The position numbers and the translations under genes were made by a program. A stretch of DNA of 64,000 bases from Macrostomum hystrix (taxonomy: Eukaryota > Animalia > Platyhelminthes), in the NCBI GenBank assembly GCA_950097015.1, contig CATNEN010000005.1, positions 5,704,001-5,768,000 on the forward strand. The letters run 5' to 3'. The notes beneath the pieces were generated by a model that did no database searches, had not been told where the DNA came from, and worked only from the letters and a program-made list of their open reading frames with translations. How positions within the stretch are numbered: position 1 is the stretch's first letter; the number at the start of each line of letters is the position of its first letter. This document shows, in pieces, positions 23,226-35,200 of the stretch.

Positions 23226-26200
23226 ATGGATTCTCTGGACCGGTTGATTCGCTCGCTTGACCCGACCCGAACCGGTCAGTTGAACTGGGTGCAGCTGGTG
23301 GAGCTGTGCTCACATTTCTCCCTATCCAAGGAGGAGACTAATCGAGTAGTTCGAGCTCTGCTAGCCGACCCGCGGGGCAGCGTTAGCGAGCTCCGAGTTC
23401 GAGTTGAATTTCCGAAGGTGGTTCACGAACAGGTGGTGCCACCCAGTGTCAGTTCGGGTGAGGAGAACTTGAAAGAATATGCTTTTATTGTTACTGCAAC
23501 CAGTAGCGTGTTGCGCATTTTAATCGTTGGCTTTTAAAATTGTATTTTAGTTAGTTAAGTTTGGTTGTAGCCTAGTGGTTAGGGCGTCGGACTCACGACT
23601 TGAAGGTCGGGGGTTCGATTCCCGACTCCACTGAAACAATTTGTGTCCTTTAGCAAGACACTTAACTCTGCAGTGCTTCAGTTCACCCAGCTGTTAAACG
23701 GGTTCCAGCATTAGCTGGGATAATTGAAGGTGGGTGTGGCGTCCCCCCAGTCCATGGACTGAACAGCTGTACGCAGTCTTCAGATGCGCCGCGCAATAGC
23801 TGCGGCTGTGCTGTCGGCTGCACATCTGACACGATTGCGGCAGGTGTAAAAATTATTATAATTTTTATTTTAATTAGTACATGTAGGATTCTTACACAAA
23901 CTAGGTACAAAAGTGTATTTCGAGTGTAGAAAAAGAGTTAACCCAAATCAGGAGTTAGCTCGTACATATATTAGGCAAACAGCATATTGGGTCTGAAACT
24001 CTCTGAAAACCTGTTAGGCAGAAAAAATGGTTGGCACATGCTGAAATCACGTGATCGCATTCCTGTTCGATTTGTTTAGAGAACGAATCAGAGGGCAGCC
24101 TGGCAGAGCCGAAGTACGTTCGCGACGATGGCCGAGTGTTTGGAAGAAGGACGAGACCAAGGCAAAGAGTGAGTGGTGGATGAGTCTGTGAGGTCGGATT
24201 GGCATGCACAATCTGTTAACCTGTTAGACAGAATCCAACCTGTTAGATACACTTCAACCTGTTAGACACACTTCAACCTGTTAGATAAAGACTCCAAACG
24301 GTTAGACACACACTCCAACCTGTTAGACACACACTTGAACCTGTTAGACACACACTCCAACCTGTTAGACACACACTCCAACCTGTTAGACACACACTCC
24401 AACCTGGTAGATAATGACTCTAAACGGTTAGACACACGCTCCAACCTGTTAGACACACACTTAAACATCTTAAATACACACTCCAACCTGTTAGACACAC
24501 ACTCCAGCCTGTTAGATAAAGACTCCAAAATGTTAGACACACCCTCAAACCTGTTAGACACACCCTCAAACCTGTTAGACACACTCCAATCTTTTAGACA
24601 CATCCTGAAGCCTGATAGACACACCCTCAAACCTGCTAGACACACCCTGAAGCCTGTTAGACACACCCTCAAACCTGTTAGACACACTCCATCCTGTTAG
24701 ACACACCTTCAAACCTGTTAGACACACCCTCAAACCTGTTAGACACACCCTCAAACCTGTTAGACACACCCTCAAACCTGTTAGACACACTCCAATCTTT
24801 TAGACACATCCTGAAGCCTGATAGACACACCCTCAAACCTGCTAGACACACCCTGAAGCCTGTTAGACACACCCTCAAACCTGCTAGACACACCCTGAAG
24901 CCTGTTAGACACACCCTCAAACCTGTTAGACACACTCCAACCTGTTAGACACACCTTCAAACCTGTTAGACACAAACACGCACAAAATTTCACCATTGCT
25001 AAGAGATCTTAGCCATGTAAAAGGATTCAAATGCGGTTTTTGCCGGCATCAGCACTGTCACAGGGCTGCCCATTGTTTTACAATAAAAACCAACCAAGCG
25101 AAAAAAACATCTGCAGGATTTAGAAAAATTTTCTCAGTCTTGGCTGACTCAAAAATTTCCAGCCACCGGGGGTTAGAAACTAAGGGGAGAAATTTAGAGG
25201 AAGACAAAACGATTGGAAACGCCCGATCAATCGATCAATAATTTCAACCCCTGCAACGTCCCTCTGCCACTATTGCTCTCTCGTCCGATCCTCGCCATTC
25301 TCGACTCCTAGCCCAAAAAAGAATTCCAATTTTGCTACTAAAGGAACCGCGCATGAACATGACTTCTCCGTTGTTTGACCAAGAGTTCTGAGCATGTACA
25401 CTGCTCAGAGCAATATCAATATTCCTCAGCTAATCCAGAGAGAGAGGAGGTACTATATAAGAGTGCCAATATGACTCAAGCGAGATATTATTAAAACAGC
25501 AAGGCGTTCTATCAAGACAGCCCCAGAAGGAATTGAATTGCAAACTGTTTTATGGACACTTTCAAATCATTCTTCAAGGTGAGTTCCTCTAAAACCAATT
25601 ATCCATCTGCGTTTTGTTAGCTCAAGACAGAAGGCTATGAAATGAGAACTTGAAGACGCGTGTAATAAACGCAGATGAGTTTTTGAAATCTTGGAAAGAC
25701 ACTGACTCTACGTCACAACTTAAGAAGCTTCATCAGAAAATAAATTTTCGCATAAAATTTTAGTACGCATCATAGTCATAGCCAAAAATGCTAAGTATTC
25801 ATGCTCTCCTTTTATTGCTAGTGTGAGTTGTCTGCGTACCTAGCGTACAACTCGCTTAGTCGTGTCAATGCTTCTAAAAATAGTAACAGCTAGCTTGTTA
25901 GAAGACTGCGATCGTTAAATATTTCCTATAGCTCGTACCAGCCCTGGGAGGGCAGCCACTAGAATATCAAGGAACTGCTTGCCATGGTTCTGTAAGAGTA
26001 GCTTAACTATGTCTACTGAGTTGTTGAATTCTGACTTTGATAAGTTCCAAGAGCTCTCAACTGCAGGGGGTGCCAAATGTGAAAGAAGACGGCGTTTTTT
26101 CTGTAGAAATTTTATTTAAAAGACATAGAGAAGTGCCTCAATATGAATAGGATCCCTTTGTACTTTTGTTTCACTGCGTCGCTTAGACAATTCACAGTGG

Positions 26201-29200
26201 TAACATTCTCAGCTTATATATGAAATGACTGAAATGATGAGACACGGGAGAGATGAGACACGGGAGAGATGAGACACGGGAGAGATGAGACACGGGAGAG
26301 ATGAGACACGGGAGAGATGAGACACGCGAGAGATGAGAGACGGGAGAGATGAGACACGGGAGAGATGAGACACGGGAGAGATGAGACACGGGAGAGATGA
26401 GACACGGGAGAGATGAGACACGGGAGAGATGAGACACGGGAGAGATGAGACACGGGAGAGATGAGACACGGGAGAGATGAGACACGGGAGAGATGAGACA
26501 CGGGAGAGATGAGACACGGGAGAGATGAGACACGGGAGAGATGAGACACGGGAGAGATGAGACACGCGAGAGATGAGAGACGGGAGAGATGAGACACGGG
26601 AGAGATGAGACACGCGAGAGATTAGACACAGGAGAGATGAGACACGGGAGAGATTGAGACACGGTATAGATGAGGCATAGTAGAGATGAGACATGGGAGA
26701 GAGATGAGACACGGGAGAGATGAGACGCGGGAGAGATGAGACGGAAAAGATAAGAGTGGTATATGGAATGGTACATGAACTAGTTTGCTATGGCCAAAAT
26801 CTGGCTAAATATTTGTTTGAGTAATACTCGTATGTAACTAATTGAGCTAATGAAAGCATCAATCCGTCTCGGGATAAAAATCCCAGCCATGACTGAAAGA
26901 GCACCCTACGGCTCCCCTAATCGACCGCAATCGACGGGGTCGAGAAATTCGTCAATCCGCATCGCCAAATCGGGGGCCAACAGGCCCGGAGTGACGCAGG
27001 ATCCGACAGCGACGGGCGTGGACAATCGACAGAGGCGCCTGCCTGATTCGCCGAGAATGACCGGCCCGACAACGTCCGGTTTGGCCAAGAAAGACGGAGC
27101 GGGAGGCAACCGGATGTATCACGATCCGAATCATGTCAAACGGCTCATTAGAGGTTAAGAAGCTGGGCCTGAGATGAGTTGACAGAATGGGCTCTGTTGC
27201 TGAGCTGTTAAGACGGTTTTAAATCACACTTTAATACCTTTGTTTTCTAATTTTTCCTAAAAACACATTTGCACGATCGCTTTCATAAAAATTGCTTTGA
27301 TAAAGCCTGCAGGAGGGTCTAACTGAAGGTTCAGGACTGGCTAACTGAAGGGTCAAATGAGGGTTCAGGGGTAGCTAATGAAGGTTCAGGGTTAGCTAAT
27401 CAAGGTTCAGGGGTAGCTAATGAAGGTTCAGGGGTAGCTAATGAAGGTTCAGGGGTAGCTAATGAAGGTTCAGGGTTAGCTAATCAAGGTTCAGGGGTAG
27501 CTAATGAAGGTTCAGGGTTAGCTAATCAAGGTTCAGGGGTAGCTAATGAAGGTTCAGGGGTAGCTAATCAAGGTTCAGGGGTAGCTAATGAAGGTTCAGG
27601 GGTAGCTAATGAAGGTTCAGGGGTAGCTAATCAAGGTTCAGGGGTAGCTAATCAAGGTTCAGGGGTAGCTAATGAAGGTTCAGGGGTAGTAAAGGAAGGT
27701 TCAGGGGTAGTAAAGGAAGGTTCAGGGGTAGCTAATGAAGGTTCAGAAGTAGCTAATGAAGGTTCAGGAGTAGCTAATGAAGGCTCAGGGGTAGTAAAGG
27801 AAGGTTCAGGGGTAGTAAAGGAAGGTTCAGGGGTAGCTAATGAAGGTTCAGGGGTAGTAAAGGAAGGTTCAGGGGTAGCTAATCAAGGTTCACGGGTAGC
27901 TAATGAAGGTTCAGGGGTAGCTAATGAAGGTTCAGGGGTAGCTAATCAAGGTTCACGGGTAGCTAATGAAGGTTCAGGGGTAGCTAATGAAGGTTCAGGG
28001 GTAGCTAATCAAGGTTCAGGGGTAGCTAATGAAGGTTCAGGGGTAGCTAATGAAGGTTCAGGGGTAGCTAATGAAGGTTCACGGGTAGCTAATGAAGGTT
28101 CAGGGGTAGCTAATGAAGGTTCAGGGGTAGCTAATGAAGGTTCAGGGGTAGCTAAGTGAAGTTCGTGAGAATTCTTGGTTAGATGACGGTGCGTTTTTAA
28201 GCTAATGAAATCATTTAAATAGATAAAAAAGCAGCTGCCAAATCTCATTTCTTTATTACTTTTCTTATTCTTATTTTGCTTTTTTATGGTTTCGATTGCT
28301 TTTTGAACCTTCGATTCGGTTAACTTGAAGTTTAGCATGAAAATTAGTTGCATTGATCCGAACAATATGCCCCAGAATCTCGGCGGAGATGATAAGGACA
28401 AACCAGCTGAGACTTCAGGAGCAGCCGCCACCGCGGCCGCCACCAGCGCAGCCACCCCGGCTGCACCATCTGGAGCAACGGCTTCAGCGGCTGCGATTGC
28501 TCTGGCCGCGGCAACAGCTCCGGCTGCTGCAGCTGGTGGAGACTTAGCTCCCGTCTCCGCAGCCGCGCCTGAAGTCCAAGAAAGCAAAGCTTCACCGCAG
28601 CCGCAAGGTCAGCAGCCTCAGCAGCCGCAGCAGCCTCAGCAGCCTCAGCAGCCTCAGCAGCCGCAGCCACTAGCTTCAACAGCTAGATCCCGCAGTCCTG
28701 GAGCTTCTACTGCTGCTCCTGCCGTTGTTGTCCCACAGCCACTGAAAGCAGTCCCCGCTGACCAGCCCCCTACCGCCTATCAGCAGTCTCAGCAGGTTCA
28801 GCAGATGCAACAGCAGAGAGCAAAATCTGCTTCTCCTAGTCGGCGACAACCGATTCAACAGCCGCAGCAGCAACAGCAACAGCAGCTGCTTCAAGTTGGC
28901 GCCGGCGGCAGCGGAGTCGGTGGAGGAGGAGCCGGGCGCCGAAATCCCCCGGTGGGAGCTGTTCCAGTTTTGCCGATGGGCCCGCTGCCCAGCAGTGGCA
29001 GAGAGGTTACCTACCACGGCGAGGGAGCCTTCAACAAAGTGCCAGAATATCTGAGTAAGTTGCTTACTAGAATTAAAGAAATAGCATTAAAATTCAATAA
29101 CTCAATGTGCGCACTCAATTTATGTAAAATTCAATTTTAATTGACTCCATTTCAGTTTGCGAACAGAATTAAAGATGTGCTTGTAAAACAGTTTTTTAAT

Positions 29201-32200
29201 TTTTTTTCTAAAACATTCCTTATTTCTTTTGAATTTTGCACACCTTTTTTATTCCGTTTTAACTTTATTTATTTAAAGTGCTTCATTAAAAACAAATCGA
29301 TCCAGACCAGCCTCAGTCCGCGAATTCAAACCCTCCAGACAACCCACCTCACTCCCTGTGATCATATCCCTCGAGTCAACCCACCTCACTCCGCGAAGCC
29401 TAAACCTCCAGACAACCCACCTCACTCCGCTAAACCTAACCCTCCAGAAAACCCACCTCACTCCCCGTGATCCTAACCCTACACACAACCCACCTCACTC
29501 CGCGAATCCCATCCCTCCACACAACCCACCTCACTCCGCGAATCCAAACCCTCCACACAACCCACCTCACTCCGCGAATCCAAACCCTCCACACAACCCA
29601 CCTTAACACACTGACCTTTCTCAATGAAGCTAAATGAAATAAAAACTTGGCTCCTGTGCATCGTGATCCTCAATAAATGTCAAATTTAGGCCAACTGGCG
29701 GCAGCAGGCGCCCAGAGCGGTCGCACGGAAGAGGAATACCTGCGCTCGATCTGGCAGGAGCTTGGCGTTGGCCGGTCTGGCTATCTGACACTGCCAGAGC
29801 TGGCTAGAGTTTGCGAATACATCGGCATGGATGATCTGACTGATTCGGTTAGTGCATTAAAGCTTTTCTACTAACGAAACTTTTCTACTTCAGCGAAGAG
29901 TGAGGTGGGAAGAGCCGTGGAGGGGAGTGAGGTGGGTGCCTGAGGGTTAGGGAGTGAGGTGGGCGCATAAACGCACAAAGTGCCTGGAAAAGCTAGCTCC
30001 AGTAGGAGTTTATTTTTGAGATTCCTTCTTTATTATCTTCTCTCCCCTGCAGCACCTCTATCAGCTGTTTGAAAATCTCGATGAAGACGGCGACGGCCAC
30101 GTCTCGTTCAACGAGTTCGTTCGCGGCCTGTTTCGTCACACGCCGAATGCAAGCGTCAGCGGTCCTGTCGGCATCGCCGGGGGCAACACAGGAAGTCCGA
30201 GGCCGCCGTCTCGCGGCGCTGGAGGTCCATCCGGCGCACCGATGCGACGTTCTCGATCCTCCGGCACGCCTGGCAACACGGTGACGCTGTTCACATCGAT
30301 CGACAAGGACGGCAGCGGATACGCTCGCGGAGCGGACATCTGCCGATTTCTGTCGGCCAACGGACTTCTGAACGGCGAAGAGATCCTGAAGTTTCTGCAG
30401 TTCGACGCCAACTCGCGGGTGAACCTGGCCGAGCTGACTTACGCTCTTGACAGCGAACTCGCCGGAGTGACCGACGGTGTCGTTCAGGCTGGCATCCTGG
30501 CCTACCAGGCCGAGCTTCGGCACAGTCGGGCAGCTCTGGAGAGTGCCACGGCTGAGCGTAACAAACTGCGCATGGATCTGGCGGACGAGAGGCAGCGAGT
30601 CAGCAGCATTATCCGAGAGGGCGACGAAGGACAGCGCGAGGCTGAGAGGCATCAAGCCAAGCAGATGGCGTAAGTTGAAAAGCCCCATTGTGTTTAACAG
30701 TACAAAGACCAGGCTATTTTTCCGACTGGCGTAAGACCACGGGGATATTTCAAATGCCCGCTCCCCACTTCACGATAAGATCCCGAACGAATGACTGATT
30801 TTCGTGTAAGCCAGCAATTTAGATAAAAATTTTAGCCCGATGAAATAATTCTCAAAGCCATCCGACGTCAGCATCGTCGAGTTATTTCTGCGATTTTTGA
30901 CGAAGACCCTGGTGATAAGAACAATGACAACTTCTATGATAACTCCATATTTGTTTTTTAAAAAGTCCTAGTTAATAAGTTCAAAACAGTTAACAGTGAT
31001 GGCCGATACAGGGTGAATTTTGTAAGCAGAAAAATGTATTTCTGGTTCTTGCCACCTGACACTCCGACAAGAATCGGTGAATACCTCGACGATGGCGATA
31101 TTTTGTGATAAAGGAAGTTGTTTCATCGGATGGAGCGGAAAATGTTTGCCTCTGTTACGAATTTTCATGCCGATTGGCTGAATATTTTGAGAGATACAGG
31201 AAAAAAGGTGGAAATTTTAAGTACCCCCATTACGAGTACATTTTCGCCACTGTAATACCAACAGGCTGTAAAGATAGTAATAATCGATTAAAATCTTTAT
31301 TTTTTGCCCGTGTGCTTACCTATGAACAACAGAGCTCAAGGAATCGGCAACGAGAAGCTGATGGAGATCAAGGATAAGTACAAGTAAACAGGCTCTCTAA
31401 ATTAGTAGAAAATGCTTCGACAACAGACATTGAAGGAAAGCAGTGTCTTTTCATTGTTGTTCGTTGCTTTGATTTCTGATTGCGAATTTCTTTTAATTGT
31501 TGGACGCTGGTGTATTTCTTGCTTCATTGAAAAAAACGATGTATTAATTCTGATCTTTCTCCTTGCTTTCTTTCGAACAAAATTTTGTTACTGCTTCAAT
31601 AGTAAATTATAATTTGCTTATTACGTTGCTAACCATCAAAAGGAATGTAGAGAAGCGCTACCAGGAGCAGATTCGCAGCCTCCAAGCCCAGATGGATTAC
31701 GAGCGCGATCGCTTCCAAACTGAATTCCTGAAGCAGCGCAAATCGATGGAGCACGTGATCCTGTCGCTGAAGGACGAGGAGACTCGATTGAAAGATCGCA
31801 TCGCTAGTCTACAGAGAGTGAGTCTGAGTTTTTGTAGATGCGTCTATTTTTAGAAAAGATGAATCATTCAAATATTTGTGGCTATTTTTAGAATCAATGA
31901 CTCATTCGAGTCTTTGTGGCTATTTTTAGAATCCATGATTAATAGCAAAAGAAAGAGTTAAATATGACGCGATAACTCAACACGAGCATGCAATAGTCCA
32001 AACGTATTAAAAAACGCGATTAAACAAATACATTTTTAAAATTATATTTGCGCCAGGAAATGGGTCGATGCGAGAGCGAGCAAATGGATCTTGTGGAGCG
32101 TTTAGCCGAATCGGAGAAGCTTAATGTTCGTCAGCAACGAGAGCTGGACGCTGTGGCTGAGCTGCATAGGAAGGTGAGGAATGAAGCTAGTGGTGCTAAA

Positions 32201-35200
32201 AAATTATACTTTGTAACCTCTATAGCATTAGTAAGCCGCTAACTTTTTAAACAACTTTATAAATTTTCTTTAACTATCTAATATTCAACGCTCAGATGTC
32301 CAAGGAGATTAAGCAACTCAGAGACTACCGGGTAAACTATAATTATAATGGACTGGCTTTTATTAGAATATCGATCGGGACATTGCACAATGGTTATATA
32401 ACATGCATATTTGTCCGGTTTCCTCTGATAAATTATTTATTTATTTCCGAGCATAATTCACAAATCCAAAATCAAAAATATCATTGCACTTCAAAAATTT
32501 TGTTTTACCATAGCTACTCACTGGACAGGGAATGAACAAGGTAAAAATGAAGAGGAAGACTTTACGAGACGAACTTTATTTTGTTTTAGGGATATCATTA
32601 GACTGTTCTTATTATAAAAAAATCGAAAGAAAATTAAATATCTATGGTTCTGCTTATTGTTGTTTAGGTGATTGGCTCCTTTCGTTAATTTTGGTGTCAG
32701 TTTTTCGTCTCTCCCATTTTATTTGCCACTCCCTTTAGTCGCTAAAAAATCGCCGAAATTTGCATTGAATATGAAACAAACCCAGCTGAACTCCATGGAG
32801 GAGCAGCTGAAGGACAGTGTGCCGAACAAGCAGCATCTGCAGCTGCAGGCTGAGGCTCATGACTTGCGCGGCCAACTCAAACGACTTCGCGACTACGTTG
32901 ACGAACTCGCTGGCCGGCTGGGGCCGCGGAAACGACGGCGCCGTAGTCGCGGCGATACTCTAGACGATCCGACTGCATCTTCAGAAGTTCGGCCTCACGA
33001 CGATGATGGCGACGAAAGATCTAAAGATAGGAGTCAGAGTGCTGGCAAGAGAGCTGACACTGTCCTCGAGGAGCATCGAGATGTCATGGTGGCTACGAGA
33101 CGGTCGAAGCCTTTGATTCGGAAGTTGACAGGTAAATTTGTTGGTTCCTGTGCGACTGTCTTAAAAAGTTTGAACTAGTCTAATAGTTCACGTCATGAAC
33201 GGGGTGAGTGGCAGACAGGTTATCGCGTTTGCCTATCGCACCAAGGTCCCTCAGCTCGATTCCGCGGCAATGTGACATTTATTTGGGGCGCAGCCGCGGA
33301 GAGAATGCTTGGAGGCTTGTCGTGCAATTTACGCCCTTAAGGGGCCAACCTCCAAGGGACACAGTGAAAGTGTACACTGCCTGACGATGAGAAAGTCAGG
33401 GCAGATGTACATACCGATGTGAGTATGTGCCTGTGTACAGTATCCGAGTGGCGTGTGTGCTCAGGAGTCAGCGAAATGTGCAGAATTGCCTCCTGGCTGG
33501 CTGCGGGTCCAGTCATTGCCCTCCAGCAATTATTATTGTTTCTTTATTACATGTTCTGCACCTCATCATAATTCTTAGCTGAGACAGAAACTGAAGAAGA
33601 AGCGGAATGGCTGGTCGGCAACAAGGTCCAAGCGTCAGCTTACAACGACGTTGTTGAAGCATTGAAGCACAATTTCGAAGAAAAATTAACCAAGTGAGGG
33701 CTTGGCATTCTGCTTTTGGTGACAAACTACTACTGATGGGATGTCCCTAGCATTATCGTTTATATTGTTTAGTAGCTAGCTGAAAACTCGCCATCCTCGT
33801 GCTTTTTAGCCTGGAGAAGAAGCACAACCAGGATCTAGTGCTCAGACTGCAAGCGGCAAAGCTACTCTACGACAAGAAGATTGAAGACATTCGCTCGAAA
33901 AATCTAGCATTGCAAGAATCTAACGAGAGAAAAGACGCAACGATTGGTATTTTGGTGAGTGAATGGTTACCTTTGGTCAATCTGCCCCATGTGCCCCAAT
34001 TGGGACAGATGTACAGCCGACAGCACAGCCAAAGCTATTGCGCGGCGAATCTGAAGGCTGCGTACGGCTGTTTGGTGCAAGAACTGAGGGACGCCACACC
34101 CACCCTGAATTACCCCAGCTGATACTGGTAACCATTTAACAGCTTGGTAACCTGGAGCAATGCAGTCTTAAGTGTCTAGCTAATGGACACAAATTCTTCC
34201 AGTGGAGTCGGGAATCGAACCTTCGACCTTAAAGTCGTACGTCCGACGCAATAACTAGGCGAAAAAATTCACTGCGTACAACTGTACAGTACAGTTCTAC
34301 ACCAGATACACAAACTTTTATTATTCATTCGAACTCGATTCGAACTCATGACCGCCCAAGTTAAAAGTCCGAATCCGTTACCTCTTTCATTACTATTTTA
34401 AAACAGAGCAGTGCAAAACCAATTACGGCTATCCTATTAATAATTTCAGCGTCTCGACGTAGAAAGTCTAAAACAGGCTCGCGACGAACTTGATGAGAAG
34501 CTTCGTCAGCTAAATGAGCAGCTGGATCAAATCGATACAGCCATGCTAGACGACCTGCCTGAGACTGTACGGAGACAGGTGGGCGATCTAGTGCGCGCGC
34601 GTCTGGCGCATCTGCACGCTCTGGATCGAGCTCGTCTGCTGCGCGAGTTTGCTCAGCACAAAGAGCGGCTTCTATTGCTGGCGGCTCAAAATGAGGCTAC
34701 GTCGACTGCCGACGCTCAGACGCAAACTGGAGACAATCTGGAGCAGTTAGGAACAGTGAGTATTGTGCTGGGGAATAAGTACATTACCAGAAATCGAAGA
34801 CTTTAGTATTCATGTGTGGGAGGAACGAATGAACAAAGACAGACGACAACATGTTTTTCGGTTGTTAAGCATGGCCTCAAAGTGCACATGTACAAAATGT
34901 AATTTTAAAGTTAAAATAGATGCCTATACGAGAAGTGAACTTTCTTATAAAAAAGCATGCCTATTTTAAATAGCCCTATCTGTTGCGGTTCTAGGCAAGC
35001 AAAGTCAAAAAAATGGTTTCCAATTTCAGCAGCCCGCAAATGCTAGTCTGCTTCAAGACGCAGCGCAGGCTCTGAGTCGAGTAGACCAGCTTCAATGGCT
35101 GTCGGAACTACCAGAATCGGAGGCGCAGAGCATTGCTGGTGCCGTCTGCGACCGCCTGCAACAGCTGAAGGGAAAGCGTCCCACAGTCAGCTGCATTCCA

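Noticed and set aside
23563-23635. tRNA gene
   Set aside because: A and B boxes are present, but there is no acceptor stem, the anticodon stem is poor, and the sequence runs straight into a SINE body.
28009-30688. Minus-strand ORFs (28009-28587, 29993-30688, also 42038-42340, 57761-57982) and plus-strand ORFs over 53701-54927
   Set aside because: They are antisense shadows of GC-rich ninein or TRP coding sequence and carry no recognisable motifs.
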